DNA of 63,721 nt, filler included, from Dirinaria sp. TL-2023a (lineage: Eukaryota): assembly GCA_051941275.1 (NCBI GenBank). It is 4 parts of 4 records of this genome, joined end to end, with 100 filler letters (N's around TTAATTAATTAA, not from the genome) between each part and the next. Parts side by side here need not be neighbours in the genome. Positions count along the whole stretch, not along the records: positions 31,920 to 47,771 come from JAVEBF010000522.1; positions 47,872 to 63,721 come from JAVEBF010000523.1; 2 more parts are not named here. One strand, written 5' to 3'. Numbering within the stretch: position 1 is the stretch's first letter; every line of letters begins with the position of its first letter. Both the position numbers and the translations under genes were made by a program. The notes below the pieces were generated by a model, which ran no database searches, was not told the DNA's origin, and was given only the letters and a program-made list of their open reading frames with translations. Positions 35,901 to 48,000 of the stretch are shown piece after piece.

Positions 35901-36920
35901 ATGTCTTGTAAGCGATACGGAGGAATTCGCCCGTTCTATGCGCCGAGAGGCTAAAACTCCATCTAGTGACTCCGGAAGTCGAAAGGCGTTACGTGACGAT
36001 CATTGATTCCATTCTTGCAGCCAGCGACCTGAACACCATTTCAGAAAAGCGCATACGGAAAGGGTTGCAAGCCGCGGTTGACTATGACATAACCCCACAA
36101 AAGGTGATTGTCAAAGATCGACTCTGCGGATGTATTGCTCACAGGGAACATTAGGAGCCCATCAAGGCTCTCATCCTATCACGCTTCGACGTATTCATGG
36201 CAGACAAGGACTCAGAGCCACATACCAATGGCCACACAGATGCCGCAAATGGTCAGGTTTCCGAGGGTTCTTCAGAGCCCAAGAAGGAGCTCTCGCCATC
36301 CCCAACGAACAAAGTCCGAAAGCGAGACTCGGACTCGGACGATCTATCCGACGCTCCGGCGAGCCCATCGAAGAAGAAGAAGAAGAAGTCGGCCCATGTT
36401 GACGAGGACGCTCTGTTCGCGGCCAAGTTGCAGGCCGAGGAGAACGGCAGGGCGAGGGCTACGAGGGGCGGCGTGAACAAAAAAGCGACACCTGTGAAGC
36501 GGAAAAAGGACAAGAAGACTTCGAAGAAGAAAGCCTCCGATAAAGTGAGAGCAGAAGACGACAGTGATCTGGAGGGCTCTGACTCCGAGGTCGTGGAGAA
36601 GAAGGTCAATCGAAGCGGCGGCTTTCATGTGAGCTAAGGCCCAACAGGTCCACGACCATATACTAACACGGACTCAGAAACCTCTAATCCTTTCCGCACC
36701 CTTATCAGCCTTGTTGGATGGCGAGGTGCAGTTGTCGCGGCCGCAGACTGTGAAGCGGATATGGGAGTACGTCAAGGAGCACAGTCTACAAGATCCCGGA
36801 GACAAGCGGATGCTCCTTTGCGACGCACCCATGAAGGCGGTTTTCAAGCAAGACAAGGTTCACATGTTTACGATGAATAAGATTCTCGGCACACATCTCT
36901 ATGCGGCAGACGAGGAATAG
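35901..36920 (+). CDS. DEK-C + SWIB/MDM2 domain protein (Uaf30/Tri1-like), 4 exons
   Basis: IDSILAASDLNTISEKRIRKGLQ (DEK-C) and GGFH|KPLILSAPLSALL..LSRPQTVKRIWEYVKEHSLQDPGDKRMLLCD (SWIB); canonical introns. Confidence 0.9.
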
Positions 36921-37673
36921 GGCTCATGGGCGTATCGGTCACAAGACGTCAGGTGTTTAAGCTATCTGGCTCCACCTTCCTTGCGTTGGCCGACTCCATG
37001 GATCTATATCAATTGGCCTTGTCTATTTTGTTCTCCATTTAGCGACGGAGTTCTACGGTCTAACTGCGCCTGACAGGACAAGGAGTTTGCTGGCGAATGT
37101 ATTGACTTGATATTCTCATGTATCTTAGCTTCTTTTCTTGGGCAAGTGACATTCAAGATTGTATCATTGCTGCAAGAAAACGGAGAAAATCAGACAAAAG
37201 CGGGTTTGGATTTGTCAGCAAATCGGCCATAAGTGTTTCTCGGATAATTCAATCGACACCTAAGTAGTTCATGATGGTTTCACATAAGTGGCTGTTGGGG
37301 TCTTTGTTTGCTTTAGTCACAGGGAGTGCCACTGAACATGATGACTCTTTCTGGAGTCTTACCTTATGAGCAAACTGAGCCTGGTTGATTTTGCTTGGCA
37401 TCCCGCCCTCCCCCACCAATATCTCATTTTTGCTACTGTTGGACCACCTACCAAGATCTTATTGGGTACCATACCTGAGATATTGTAAGGTATGACTGCT
37501 GAATTTTCTTCAATGCTGCTCCCATTGTCTTCATAAAAACCCGTGGAGCCTCGCAACGGAGTCTGTATGACCACCAATCACATGTGACTCTAATAACGAC
37601 TTGCGTACAGGCCCAATCGACTTTCCGCGTGGAAGCTCTTTCCACTTAGCTCAGTGAATTTTCCTCTGCTCTC

Positions 37674-40171
37674 ATGGCATCAGCCATTGAAACCGCGCCA
37701 GCTGCTCAATCAAGCCTTGTTGGAGAAGCTAGTAACCACGCACCGAACCGCCCTTCTCGTGGTAATCGTAGGGGTGTTCAACGAGGTCCCCGAGGAGACA
37801 ATGCTAGCGGACTGCGAGGAGCACGAAGAGGTGGCTCAAGTCGAGGGAACCGTGTGGCTGGAGAGAATACCAATCGGTCACAACGAGTATTAGGTCCAGA
37901 AAATCATCCTGCTCTGCCAATACCTCATTCACCCGGTGAAGGCAGTGGCGGCAGTTTTGATGCACGCCTGACCAAAGATGCCGGAAATAGAGAGGGCGAG
38001 ACCCTTACCCAAGACGTGAACGAGAGCGCGAAGGAGGATGAGGTCGAGGCCGAGGTGTGTTTCATCTGCGCTTCGGCGGTGGAGCACAATTCAGTGGCAC
38101 CCTGCAACCATCGGACATGCCACATTTGTGCGCTGCGGTTGCGAGCGCTTTACAAGACAAGGGCGTGCGCACATTGTAGGGTAATCAGGAGTGGTTTCTC
38201 TTCGGCTGCTGCTGTACTGACGAGACTTGCCAGACAGAGTCCGATTTCGTCATTTTCACAGACGATCCAGTGAAGCGGTATGAGGACTTCGAAGAGCCGA
38301 ATTTCGAGAAGATCGACGAGACCCTGGGTGTCAAATACGAGAAGAATCTCATCTACTCCGATACGTTACTGCTGTTGCGCTACAATTGTCCCGATGCAAG
38401 TTGCGATGTAGCATGTTATGGCTGGCCAGACCTGCATCGCCATGTTAGAAGTGTTCATCACAAAATTATGTGCGATCTTTGCACTAGGAACAAGAAGGTT
38501 TTTACCCATGAACATGAACTCTTCACTCAACAAGAAATCCGAAAGCACGAAAAATTCGGAGATGACAACCCCGGAGCCATTGATCAAAGCGGCTTCAAAG
38601 GTCATCCAGAATGTGGATTCTGTCGGCAGCGATTCTACGGGGACGACGAGCTCTATACCCATTGTAGGGATAAGCACGAGAGGTGCCATCTCTGCGATCG
38701 ACGAGAGGAGAGAAGACAACAGCAGTACTATATCAATTACGACTCATTGGAGCAGCACTTCAAGCAGAATCACTTCCTGTGTGCCGATCAAGAATGTTTG
38801 GACAAGAAATTCGTTGTTTTTGAATCTGAAATGGATCTACAGGCTCATCAACTTCAAGCACATCCGAATGGCTTGACGAAAGGAAGAGATGCCAGGAGAG
38901 TCAACATCTCGGCCTTCGATTACCGTACACCCCATCAGGACCACCGGGGAGGCCGACCAGGCCGTGAGGGTAGAGGTAGAGGCCGAGGAAGAGATCCGAA
39001 CACGGAAGCTCTACCCTTATCGACTGCGCAGCCGTTGCGAAGGGACGAGGTAGCCTACCAGCGACAAATGGCTATTCAAAATGCACAGTCCTCTGCTGCA
39101 AGAACCTTCGGTGGCCAGCTAACATCGACGGATACCCATCCTGCCAGACCGAGTGGTAGAGACCAAGACCAAGCCACGGTGACTGCATCGCGTGGCTCTA
39201 CCAATGCTTCCTTCCCACCGATCGACAATCTGAACATCAGTCCAGATGCAAACATCCCTTCTGTTCAAAATCTGACCCCGCAAGAACAAGCTCGCCGGCT
39301 CCAGCATGCCTCCGTGACCGACCGAGCATCTACCCTGTTAAAAAATGACCCCGCGAAGCTTACCGCCTTCCGTAATGCCGTGTCCTCATATCGCACTTCT
39401 GCTATCAGCGCTTCCCAACTCATCGATACCTTTTTCTCCCTTTTCGATGTCCCTTCTTCTGACATTGGCAAACTCATCAAGGAGCTTGCCGATATATACG
39501 AGAACGAAAGCAAGCGGAACGACCTCCTTAAAGCTTGGAATGATTGGCGGGCCATCAATGAAGACTACCCTTCTCTGCCTGGCCCGAGTGGGGTTCTGCC
39601 GGGATCGTCGGCCGCTGCTGCTGGCAGTGGTGGCATGCGAGTGCTCAAATTGAAGAGCTCAACCGCTCAATCGTCGCGCTCTGCAGTCAGCAGACACGGC
39701 AGTTGGGGTAACGCAGCTCCCGCCGTCAGCCCATTCCCCGCCATACCCACGGGGCCAGCATCTGCCAATCGCACAGGAGCCGGCAGGGTAGGGCAAACAC
39801 CGTGGACGGGTCCTTCAGCAGCTTCTTCGAATCGGGCATCCCCGGCGCCTTCAAGACCTGCTTCAAAGGCACCCATCTCATCGACGGTTCCCAATGCCAA
39901 TGCGTTTCCAGCGCTGCCGACCACAGCCAAGCCTAATACACTGATGGCCGGCGTGACTAGAGGAAATGTTCGTTGGGATCAGGGCACGAATTCCACCAGT
40001 AATCTGAATCCATGGGGCACTGGAGCGGCCGCAAACACTGTCAAGCCGGCGTCTTCTAATACTGATGGCGTGCCGGCGGATGACAGCGAAATTGCTGGCG
40101 AGGCTGTCGGGCAATTGTTGAAGAAGAAAGGGACAAAGGCGAAGAAGCAAACCCTTTACAAGTTCGGCTGA
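37674..40171 (+). CDS. HEL2: RING/C2H2 E3 ubiquitin ligase Hel2/ZNF598 (ribosome quality control)
   Basis: CFICA..PCNHRTCHICALRLRALYKTRACAHCR RING and GFKGHPECGFCRQRFYGDDELYTHCR; intron ~38181-38233. Confidence 0.95.
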
Positions 40172-40602
40172 AGAGAGCTTTGGAGGAATCATGATCTTGG
40201 GTACGGTATGAAAGACAGATAAGGAGCATTCATAAATTAGATGAGGCTTGCAGTGAGCGTTCAAGGAGCTCGCTCACTTTAGAGTAGTCAGGGCTGTTGT
40301 CATGACAGCATCGGAGATTGAGAGTTCTTTAGGATACCCCAAGGGACTGCACTTATTGTTAAACTACCACTAAACGCTCGGGCGTGCGGTGTGTTAAAGA
40401 TGGGTCTTGTTGTCTCGCGCCTTGACGCACACAAGAGTTTTCAGTCTCTTCTCTCGCTTCTATTCTCTCCCGGCTCTCCTATTCTGCTAAGCCATACCTT
40501 CAGGCTCCACTGTCAGCACATCACAACCTGTCTTGCCATCACCATCACCAAAGTCTGCTCCTGATGCCGCGACTAAATCGTTACATGATAAAATAGTACA
40601 CC

Positions 40603-41426
40603 ATGTCCTCCAGGTATGGCGAGCACCCATAAATCGTTCTAAAAGTTGTCTATCCTAACGCCTTGCTGCGCACAGTAACTATCCCGGCCAGCCTACTACC
40701 CAACTCACCGAGCGTCTTTCTGTCTGGTGCCTTTGGTGTCTCGTGAACCTCTGCGAGCTTGATCGGGTTTATTCTCGTGTGTTTCTCGTTTGCCCAGCAT
40801 GCAAGGGCAAACGCCATCGCTTCACGACCTGCATCGACCTCGCCACCCAACAGCCGGTAGTGCATCCCTCATACCAGGAACTGCGGCCGCTGTTCCCTTC
40901 GCCTCCCCCTCCCCACATCAACGCGGATCCTCGGCGAGCGGGCATGACACCGACATTTCAAGCTCTTCAGCCTAGCCCGGATCCTACGCAGGGCGAACCA
41001 GATCCGTACTACCAGGGCCCATATGGAGACTACCCTTACATGTACCCGTCCCCGTCCCCGTACATCGAGCATCAGAGCCTCCCTTCGAGCGCTCCTTCCA
41101 CTGGACAAGAGAACATGTACTCGTACGGCAATCAGGTTCCAACGGCGAACCATGCAACTTCGGCATACAGACTGCAGCCGCTCGTTGCCACAGCCACAGC
41201 CACCGGTGCTCGATATGCAGGGGTCACGAAATCGGCGCCGAAGAAGCGCGCCGGAAGGCCTTCCAAGGCCTTGGACGACGCTGCGAAGCAGGCCGCTTTA
41301 CTCGCTGAAATGTTAGAGGGGACAGGAGTTCAAGTAGGTGCTGCGGAGCAGCGGATCGAGGGTTGGGCAGTGGGTGTGGAGGATCTGAATGGGGGAACGA
41401 ATGACGAGCCACAACAGATCGGGTAA
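40603..41426 (+). CDS. Orphan protein: N-terminal C4 zinc ribbon, P/Y/Q-rich middle, basic KKRAGRPSK (AT-hook-like) motif
   Basis: Exon 40603-40613, intron 40614-40675 (GTATGG..CTAAC..CAG), then in frame with ORF 40743-41426; CLWC-x17-CPAC. Confidence 0.7.
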
Positions 41427-43023
41427 GCTATCTAGAATTGGGCTGTGCGCACTCTCACGGTGGAAGACCATCACTACTTTCGGGGAGAAATGGCGCTTTG
41501 CGGATTATTATTGCTGTGAGTGAACTGGTGCGGTCTTTCAATGATGGCTTCAAGGCAGGGAAGGAATTGGGGTACACGAGTGTGGTAGGTAAATTGCGAC
41601 TCTTAGAAAAGGGGCTTACCTAGGATCAGCTTGCCAGACCACAAAAGGAATGTTATTATTGCTTCAAGTTCCGTTCAGTTCGTTGCGCTCAGCTACTGTT
41701 CCGTCCTTTCTATCGGTACTGAAGCCAGCTCTTCTAGATCTTTGGCGACGTTTTTGAGAAAGCTCTATTGATTTGGGTTTTCACTTTTTCCTTGCTTCAT
41801 TTGCTCGTTCTTTTACTTCTTTCTTAAGGGTTTTGAGTTTGGTGGTACTAGCTAGGACTTCGAAATCACCAACGATGATTCATCCAGAGAGCAAGCCTGT
41901 GCGACGAGCCTGGCATTAGGTACCAGTGCACATTCTGCCCCAATGAGCGGCTACCAAGGCTCCAAAAACTCCGCCGACCAGTGCTAGGAACGCCACTTGC
42001 GTTGAGCGCCATAAAAGATAGTGCAGTTACTTCGCTCTTAAACAGAGGCGAGTTGCTCGTTCCATACTCAATTTGTCTCCGTACTTCAAGTATATATACT
42101 TTACTCTCATCATCATCTCTCCATCCTCCTTTACTCCCCAAATCGTTTCCATACTTACAGTCCCTCGTGTACCATTCCTTCAGCCATGAAACCCTCCATT
42201 CTACCGACCTCATCCCCAAGGACATCATCCGACATATCCCCCCATCCGCCGCCTCCACCTTACTCAGAAGCCGAAGTGGATCATCATCCAGGCACTACTA
42301 ACTGCCAATGCAAGATCTTTTCCTGAAGCTTTTTCTGGTCAGACGGCCTACTGATTACTCTATGCTACATTTCGATCTTTCTCCCCCGAGCATTAGAGGA
42401 ATTCGCTCGCTACCGGCAATTTCCCGTCTCGTTAGCATTGGGGTTCGTTTTCGATGGATGCGCTGCCGTGCCGCTGTTCTTGGTCGCGGGCGGCATCAGG
42501 AGAGCGGTCTGGACTGTGCTTTTGTGTTTGGTTGTGGGCTCGATGGTTGTGGTTGCTTTGATTGGCTTGATGGTGGGTATGGAGTGTTAAGTAGCTCCTG
42601 GACTGGTTTTGATGGGGGCTGATGGGTGGTGGGAAAGGCCCGAGCCCTCCAACAATACACGGACAAGAAAGTGCCCCTGCCAAAATAGGCAACTTATTCA
42701 AGGTTCAAAGTGTTGGGCAGATAAGATGACTTTGATATCCTAGCTCTCAGATCTCGAGATGTGAGAGGGGTATCGATAGATGAGAACTGTATCCAGGCTT
42801 TGAACAAGTGATTGTAAAGTGAAGCAAAGCCTCTGTTTACCATACACTTCTATTTCAAAAGTAAAGCGTTAACTGTGAGATGCGTAGCTGGCTTTCCAGC
42901 CTCAGTTTCCTCAAATTTGAAATTTCAACAACTGTCAAGCAAGAAACTTGCTGTGAGCTTTCATCGTATTCTTTTCTCCTGAGATTGATATGAATTTTAA
43001 GTCAACGAGAGAAAAGCCTGCTG

Positions 43024-43108
43024 TCGCGTCATTCCACGCGCTTCTTCAATTCCTTTTTAGTGACAAGTGAGTCGCGTCTGATGTTATCATCCAGGATTCG
43101 CGTCTGAT
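43024..43108 (+). promoter_or_regulatory. Cluster of CGCG (MCB-like) elements upstream of the 43230 gene
   Basis: TCGCGTC at 43024, 43072 and 43098 (the last two within an exact TCGCGTCTGAT repeat) and ACGCG at 43036. Confidence 0.5.
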
Positions 43109-43229
43109 CCATCTCACTCAAAGATCAGTGTAAGGCCTCATCTATGGTATTCGATCACGAGCGGGGTCCACAGATTCGATCGCTCCTTTTTGAGTAAACT
43201 CAGCAGCAACCCACCACTAAGCCGAAATC

Positions 43230-45137
43230 ATGTCATCGTCTACAAAAGGAGCATCAGCGGCTCACAACAACGCAGGTGGCGATGGTGAACGGGATTTACC
43301 ACCGAGCGCAGATATTTTACCTGCAGATGATCCAGGTAGCTTCATGTGTTATTCGAAGAGATGCCTGGGCTGCCTTGAGGATCTGGAGGAGCTTGACAAG
43401 ACACATCGTACCACCTTCACCAGCTGCCCCGTGTGTGACGTACCGAGACGCTCGTATAAACCCCGCGCCGACAGGGTTGGTTCTAGGAACGTTTTCTTTC
43501 CACCATCTCTCAAACATCCACAGCCGTCTCGGTCCCCCGGAGTCTTCATTCCGCAGCATTCCATTGAGGAACAGCAGAACGCTGTCATCGAAGCTTCCGC
43601 GTCGTCCAATGACGATCATAGAGCCTTTGGATCTTCTCCAGCGCTCGGCCTGGGAAATTGGTTCCAGGCTACTGCGGCTCCAAAGACAAGAGCCCATGCA
43701 GCCCCAACCAGCGGCCAGACACCAACTTCAGACCCTTCATCAACTCCTTTTACTAGATCAATCTTCGGTGTAGCCCCCTTCGGAGCGCATCAAGCTCCTT
43801 CCACCGGATCGGCCACTTCCCCTGGTGACGTTCAGCGACCTACCGGATCGTTTTCGAACCAAAGCATAGCCACCAATTTATCGGGCAGTGAACGACCTAC
43901 GGCCGGCATTACGCGTCGAGGTAGCTTGCAATCTCAACCCACCCCTCCAGACGCTTCGCCCGCTATTTCCGCCTCAATTAGTGCTGATACCTCGAAATCT
44001 TCGGCAAACCCTTCGCAAAATATATCGAGCACTTCCGGGAATAGGGGTGCTGGTAATGCCAAACATGCAAAGACGCCGGATGAAAAAAGCTTAAGCCATA
44101 CGGGTCCTGGTCTTTCTCAATCAAGTGTAGATCGTCCAGAACGTCCGTTCGGCTCTTCGATCAGTACCGACTTGGGTGCTTCCGGAACGTCGACGACCGC
44201 TCGAGGAAGTACGTTCAATCCCAGTGGTGCCGGTATTTCCAAATCAGCAGCAACGCATCCAGAAAGCTTTTTCAACCATTCAGGCACGACCAGTGCCATA
44301 TCTTCTAATCAATCAGCTATGCGAGCTCAACAGCTGCCCTCAGCCTCCTTCTACAATCACGTCCAAGCCAATACTGAGGGTTCTGGTCGGAAATCCATAA
44401 ACTTTACCAATCTCACTGATAAATCCGCACAGAAAACTTATCAGGAGTCGATCAAGGCTACGTCGGCTGCCGTCCCCTCGGGGTCGCCTGCTTTGTGGAG
44501 GCAAGATAACTCGGCCGATGGTCAATTCGGTAGGAAGCACGCACCGGGTCAACGAGAACCAAACTAAGGGTACGCAGGTTTTTACTTCGGCACCTGGTGC
44601 GTTTGCTGCGTTCGGCGTCTTGGTACAGATATCTCGCACACATGCAAGGGACTGCGTACCAACCGCAACCTCAAATGCGACTATTGCTCGAAGCACATGA
44701 TACTTTGCATCAAGGATACTGCCCCGGGTCACTACCAAAACAATGTTTGTGCGGCCGCCCTTGCTGCGGCTCGCGCGCCGCGTGACACGGAGATATGGGT
44801 AGCTCTTCGGAATGCTTTGTTTGCTTGGGAAGGTAAGGACACAATTCTACAGTGTTCTCTTAGCCAATGTCTCCCAGCGGCTTTGAGCCAGTACCCACCG
44901 AACTGGGTAAGGTCTTGGGTGAACACTTCGCCGCCGCGTGATCATGCCGTGTCTCAACCTACGACCGGACCGTCTATTGCCGTCGCTGGGAGCAGCAATA
45001 GTAAACCATCTATCACCAAAGGGAAGGATGGTATACCCGGACGACCCAAAGAGAAGAAGGTAGCGAGGACGAAGCATGCGCGTGTTGAAGAGGTCAAGGA
45101 TGAAGAATTCGGTGGAAAGAGAAAGAAAGCGCAATGA
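43230..45137 (+). CDS. Orphan ~619-aa protein: N-terminal C4 zinc ribbon, long S/T/G/P linker, C-terminal Cys6 cluster, basic tail
   Basis: A 48-nt intron 44530-44577 (GTAGGA..ACTAAG..CAG) removes the TAA at 44565 and joins same-frame ORFs 43230-44567 and 44697-45137. This exposes CVCCVRRLGTDISHTCKGLRTNRNLKCDYCSKHMILC. Confidence 0.75.
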
Positions 45138-46339
45138 GCGTGCGTAAAAGGCAGCGGGTAATTGAAGAGTTTTACCCCCCTTTTTGTACGTATCTTACTA
45201 CCCTACCACTCCAACCATCGAAGGCTCCAGCCAAGACGGGGAGTTAAGGTTAAGTAGACAGAATACATCGCGTAAGTCTACCTTAGCTTACCTCCTAGCT
45301 AATTTTGAATCGGTTTTACCTATTGATTGTGTGCCGGGTTAGTTTTTACATACGCATTCGTAAGCAACCAAAAAAATGAGCCCTTACATGTGGAACTGAA
45401 ATAACCCCCTGTCCTTCAACTGCCACTGATTTCGATCTCAAAACCCGGCCTCGCCTCGCCTTGTATCTTACTTCATCGGATTTATGTACACTCTTTTATT
45501 TTTAAGTTTTTTGTTGAACAGAATTCAATCTCACTCAACGAATTTTAACCTTCGTGAACTGCACTCTTTTGATTTGCATTGGAATGGGGGTTTTTTTGTT
45601 TTATGATTCTTTTAGAGTTGGGAAAAGATGGAGGATGGGATAGATGTGTTGAAGCCTAAAATTTTGAGCAAGAATCAGGACTGGGGAGGAGGAGGGAGGA
45701 GGAGGTAAGGTGAGATGAATTACCGTACCATACCGTGCCAGATTGGGGATCGAATTCCCTGAAAAAGTTCAAGCTAGCTGAGTAGTCTGGCTATATATCG
45801 GGTAGATCAGACCGGATGGACGCGATCGCGGCTAGGCTGTTGGAGAATCTCTTTTCTTTCCTTTCTTTGATTTGATTTGTGATGGTTGAGATTTGATTTT
45901 ATCATCTAGGACCCTAAAATTTTTTCTCTCTCTGTTCTGGAGTAAGAAGCGGCCTTATTTGTTTTTGATTTATTATTGAGGGGTCTTGTCGGATGAGAGA
46001 TGGCCGAGGTGCGATAAGGTACAGCTACGCCGTACCTGATTTGGGATCCGGGTGTAGGGGGTTGATTTTGATTTTGGTCTTTGCACATGAATCAGGAGAT
46101 ACCGGATGTTTGTGCAGCTGGCTGTGCGCCAATGGTTGTGAAGGTTGGCTGAATAGAGGTGTTTGGTTCGGTCTTCCGATTTAATCTCATGCTCTTGGAG
46201 AAGGTGCACGGTACATTAGCTGAGACGTACTTCTAGGGTCCGTGGCTCGTGCAGCGTGGTTAGGAGCCCCGGGGAAGAGATCGATCAAAGGCCGTTATTT
46301 CCCTTACCAGCAAAGGGTGGAGCCGACACTGCGTGCGCC

Positions 46340-47312
46340 TCAAACAATCTTCTCTGCCTCCTCCAATAATTCTTCGACTCTGAAGCCTCCGTCTCCCTGA
46401 CTGAACTGTTCCAGCAGCTTCTTTCTCTCGGCCTTCTCCTCCACGCCGCCGTAGAATTTCTGCAGACACATCAACAGCCACTTCCCCTCATCAACGCTGA
46501 CGCCCCTCCCCTCAACCACGTTCCCCTGCAGGAGCACCACCCCTTTCGGACCCGCAAGGTCCAAATGATGCGTTACAGTCGTATGCGGCTGACTGAATTC
46601 GCCCCTCAATTTGAACTCGGCCAGATGGGTAAATAGGACAGTGGCGGTGGTAGGTGTCGGGAAGGTCCATTGCAAGAAATGAATCTCGGCACCTTTCCCT
46701 TCACGGGGAAGGGGGAGGATGAATTGAGGGTGTCTTTTCGCGGTGGCTTCGATGCGGGAGTATGTTGCTTGGGGCACGACGGCGCATAGGGAGCGCGGAT
46801 CGGATGCGTGACGGAGGCGCCAGATATATTCGATCTCTTTTTGGGGGAGGGTGAGGGTTTTTTCCACGTCGATGAAGGAGGATAAGAGTTTGATTCCTGG
46901 CGGTGTGGATGGTTTCTCCGAGGTGGGTCTAGGCGAAGTTTCCTCGATTGGTTGGGGTGGTGGAGGTGGAGGAGGATAGGGCGAGGGGCTGCTCTGAGAT
47001 GATGGCGGTTTGATCGATCGCTTTTGCTCTTGTATACGATCTTTATAGATCGATTTCAGTTCTTCGACATCGCGGAGCCCAATCCTATGCCATTTTCAGC
47101 CTCGGTTTACACGTGGGGAAACAGGATCGTCCTTACGCCCTGGCTTTCTGCTGCAGTTTCTCCTTGTATTTCTCGGCAATCTTGTCGCCTTGCTGGTGCG
47201 TTGCCAGGAATCGCACATCATGCACTTGCGCCCATCGTTTTTGGGATTTTCGAACGGTTCGTCCGCCTTCTGAAAGTAGGTGGCGGAGAGCTGGAGCTCG
47301 CTGTGATATCAT
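46340..47312 (-). CDS. ATP11: Mitochondrial F1-ATPase assembly chaperone Atp11, 2 exons
   Basis: Presequence-like N-terminus, RWAQVHDVRFLATH, GIKLLSSFIDVEK, HPQFILPLPR..GAEIHFLQW and LLMCLQKFY; one intron. Confidence 0.93.
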
Positions 47313-47771
47313 CTGGGCTATAAAATTCTAGCTGACAAGCGCAAAGATATCACGCACTCTATGCAATTCGATATGTACTACGGGTTCAAATAAATTCAGA
47401 TGAATATAACCAATATTATGGCAAGATGACGAGACGTTGAAATGCCCCAAACGGGCAGCTGGTAGCTTGGCGCACTAGCCTCATTGCGGTATGGTGCAAC
47501 GGTCGGAAACTTGGCTCGCATGGTATCCGTACTTGCCTCGGCATTTCTCTGCCTTACCGTATCACTTCCCCTCGTTTCAAGGCGGTTCGAGGGGTTGCAT
47601 CACCGGACACCGACTAAAAGTCCTCTGGTACTACCAGGCTAACATGATGGCTGTTGAGGGTGTAGCTGCTGCAATGCAGGCCTTCGCTCACTCTTGCCCG
47701 CCCGTCAGACTACTTCGATATACTGTAGAATCCGCAGTATGCCTACAGAATCTACATTCCCTCCCATTGAC

Positions 47772-47871
47772 NNNNNNNNNNNNNNNNNNNNNNNNNNNNN
47801 NNNNNNNNNNNNNNNTTAATTAATTAANNNNNNNNNNNNNNNNNNNNNNNNNNNNNNNNNNNNNNNNNNNN
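47772..47871. other. Artificial contig-joining spacer
   Basis: N44-TTAATTAATTAA-N44. Confidence 0.98.
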
Positions 47872-48000
47872 AGACAGCGTCAGGCTTCTGTATGAAAACA
47901 TCCCATGATCATGCCCCATGCTTCTTAAACTTCCCCATCCGTTCTTCTCTTCTATCCCTCATCCATGCCATGCCCATACCCATACCATCTAACCAACCAA

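Noticed and set aside
41700..42700. Possible third gene between the two zinc-ribbon orphans
   Set aside because: Only short, stop-interrupted frames; I could not find the shared C4 motif or any other domain.
44565..44567. Stop-codon readthrough or RNA editing joining ORFs 43230 and 44697
   Set aside because: A canonical 48-nt GT-AG intron removes the stop more simply.
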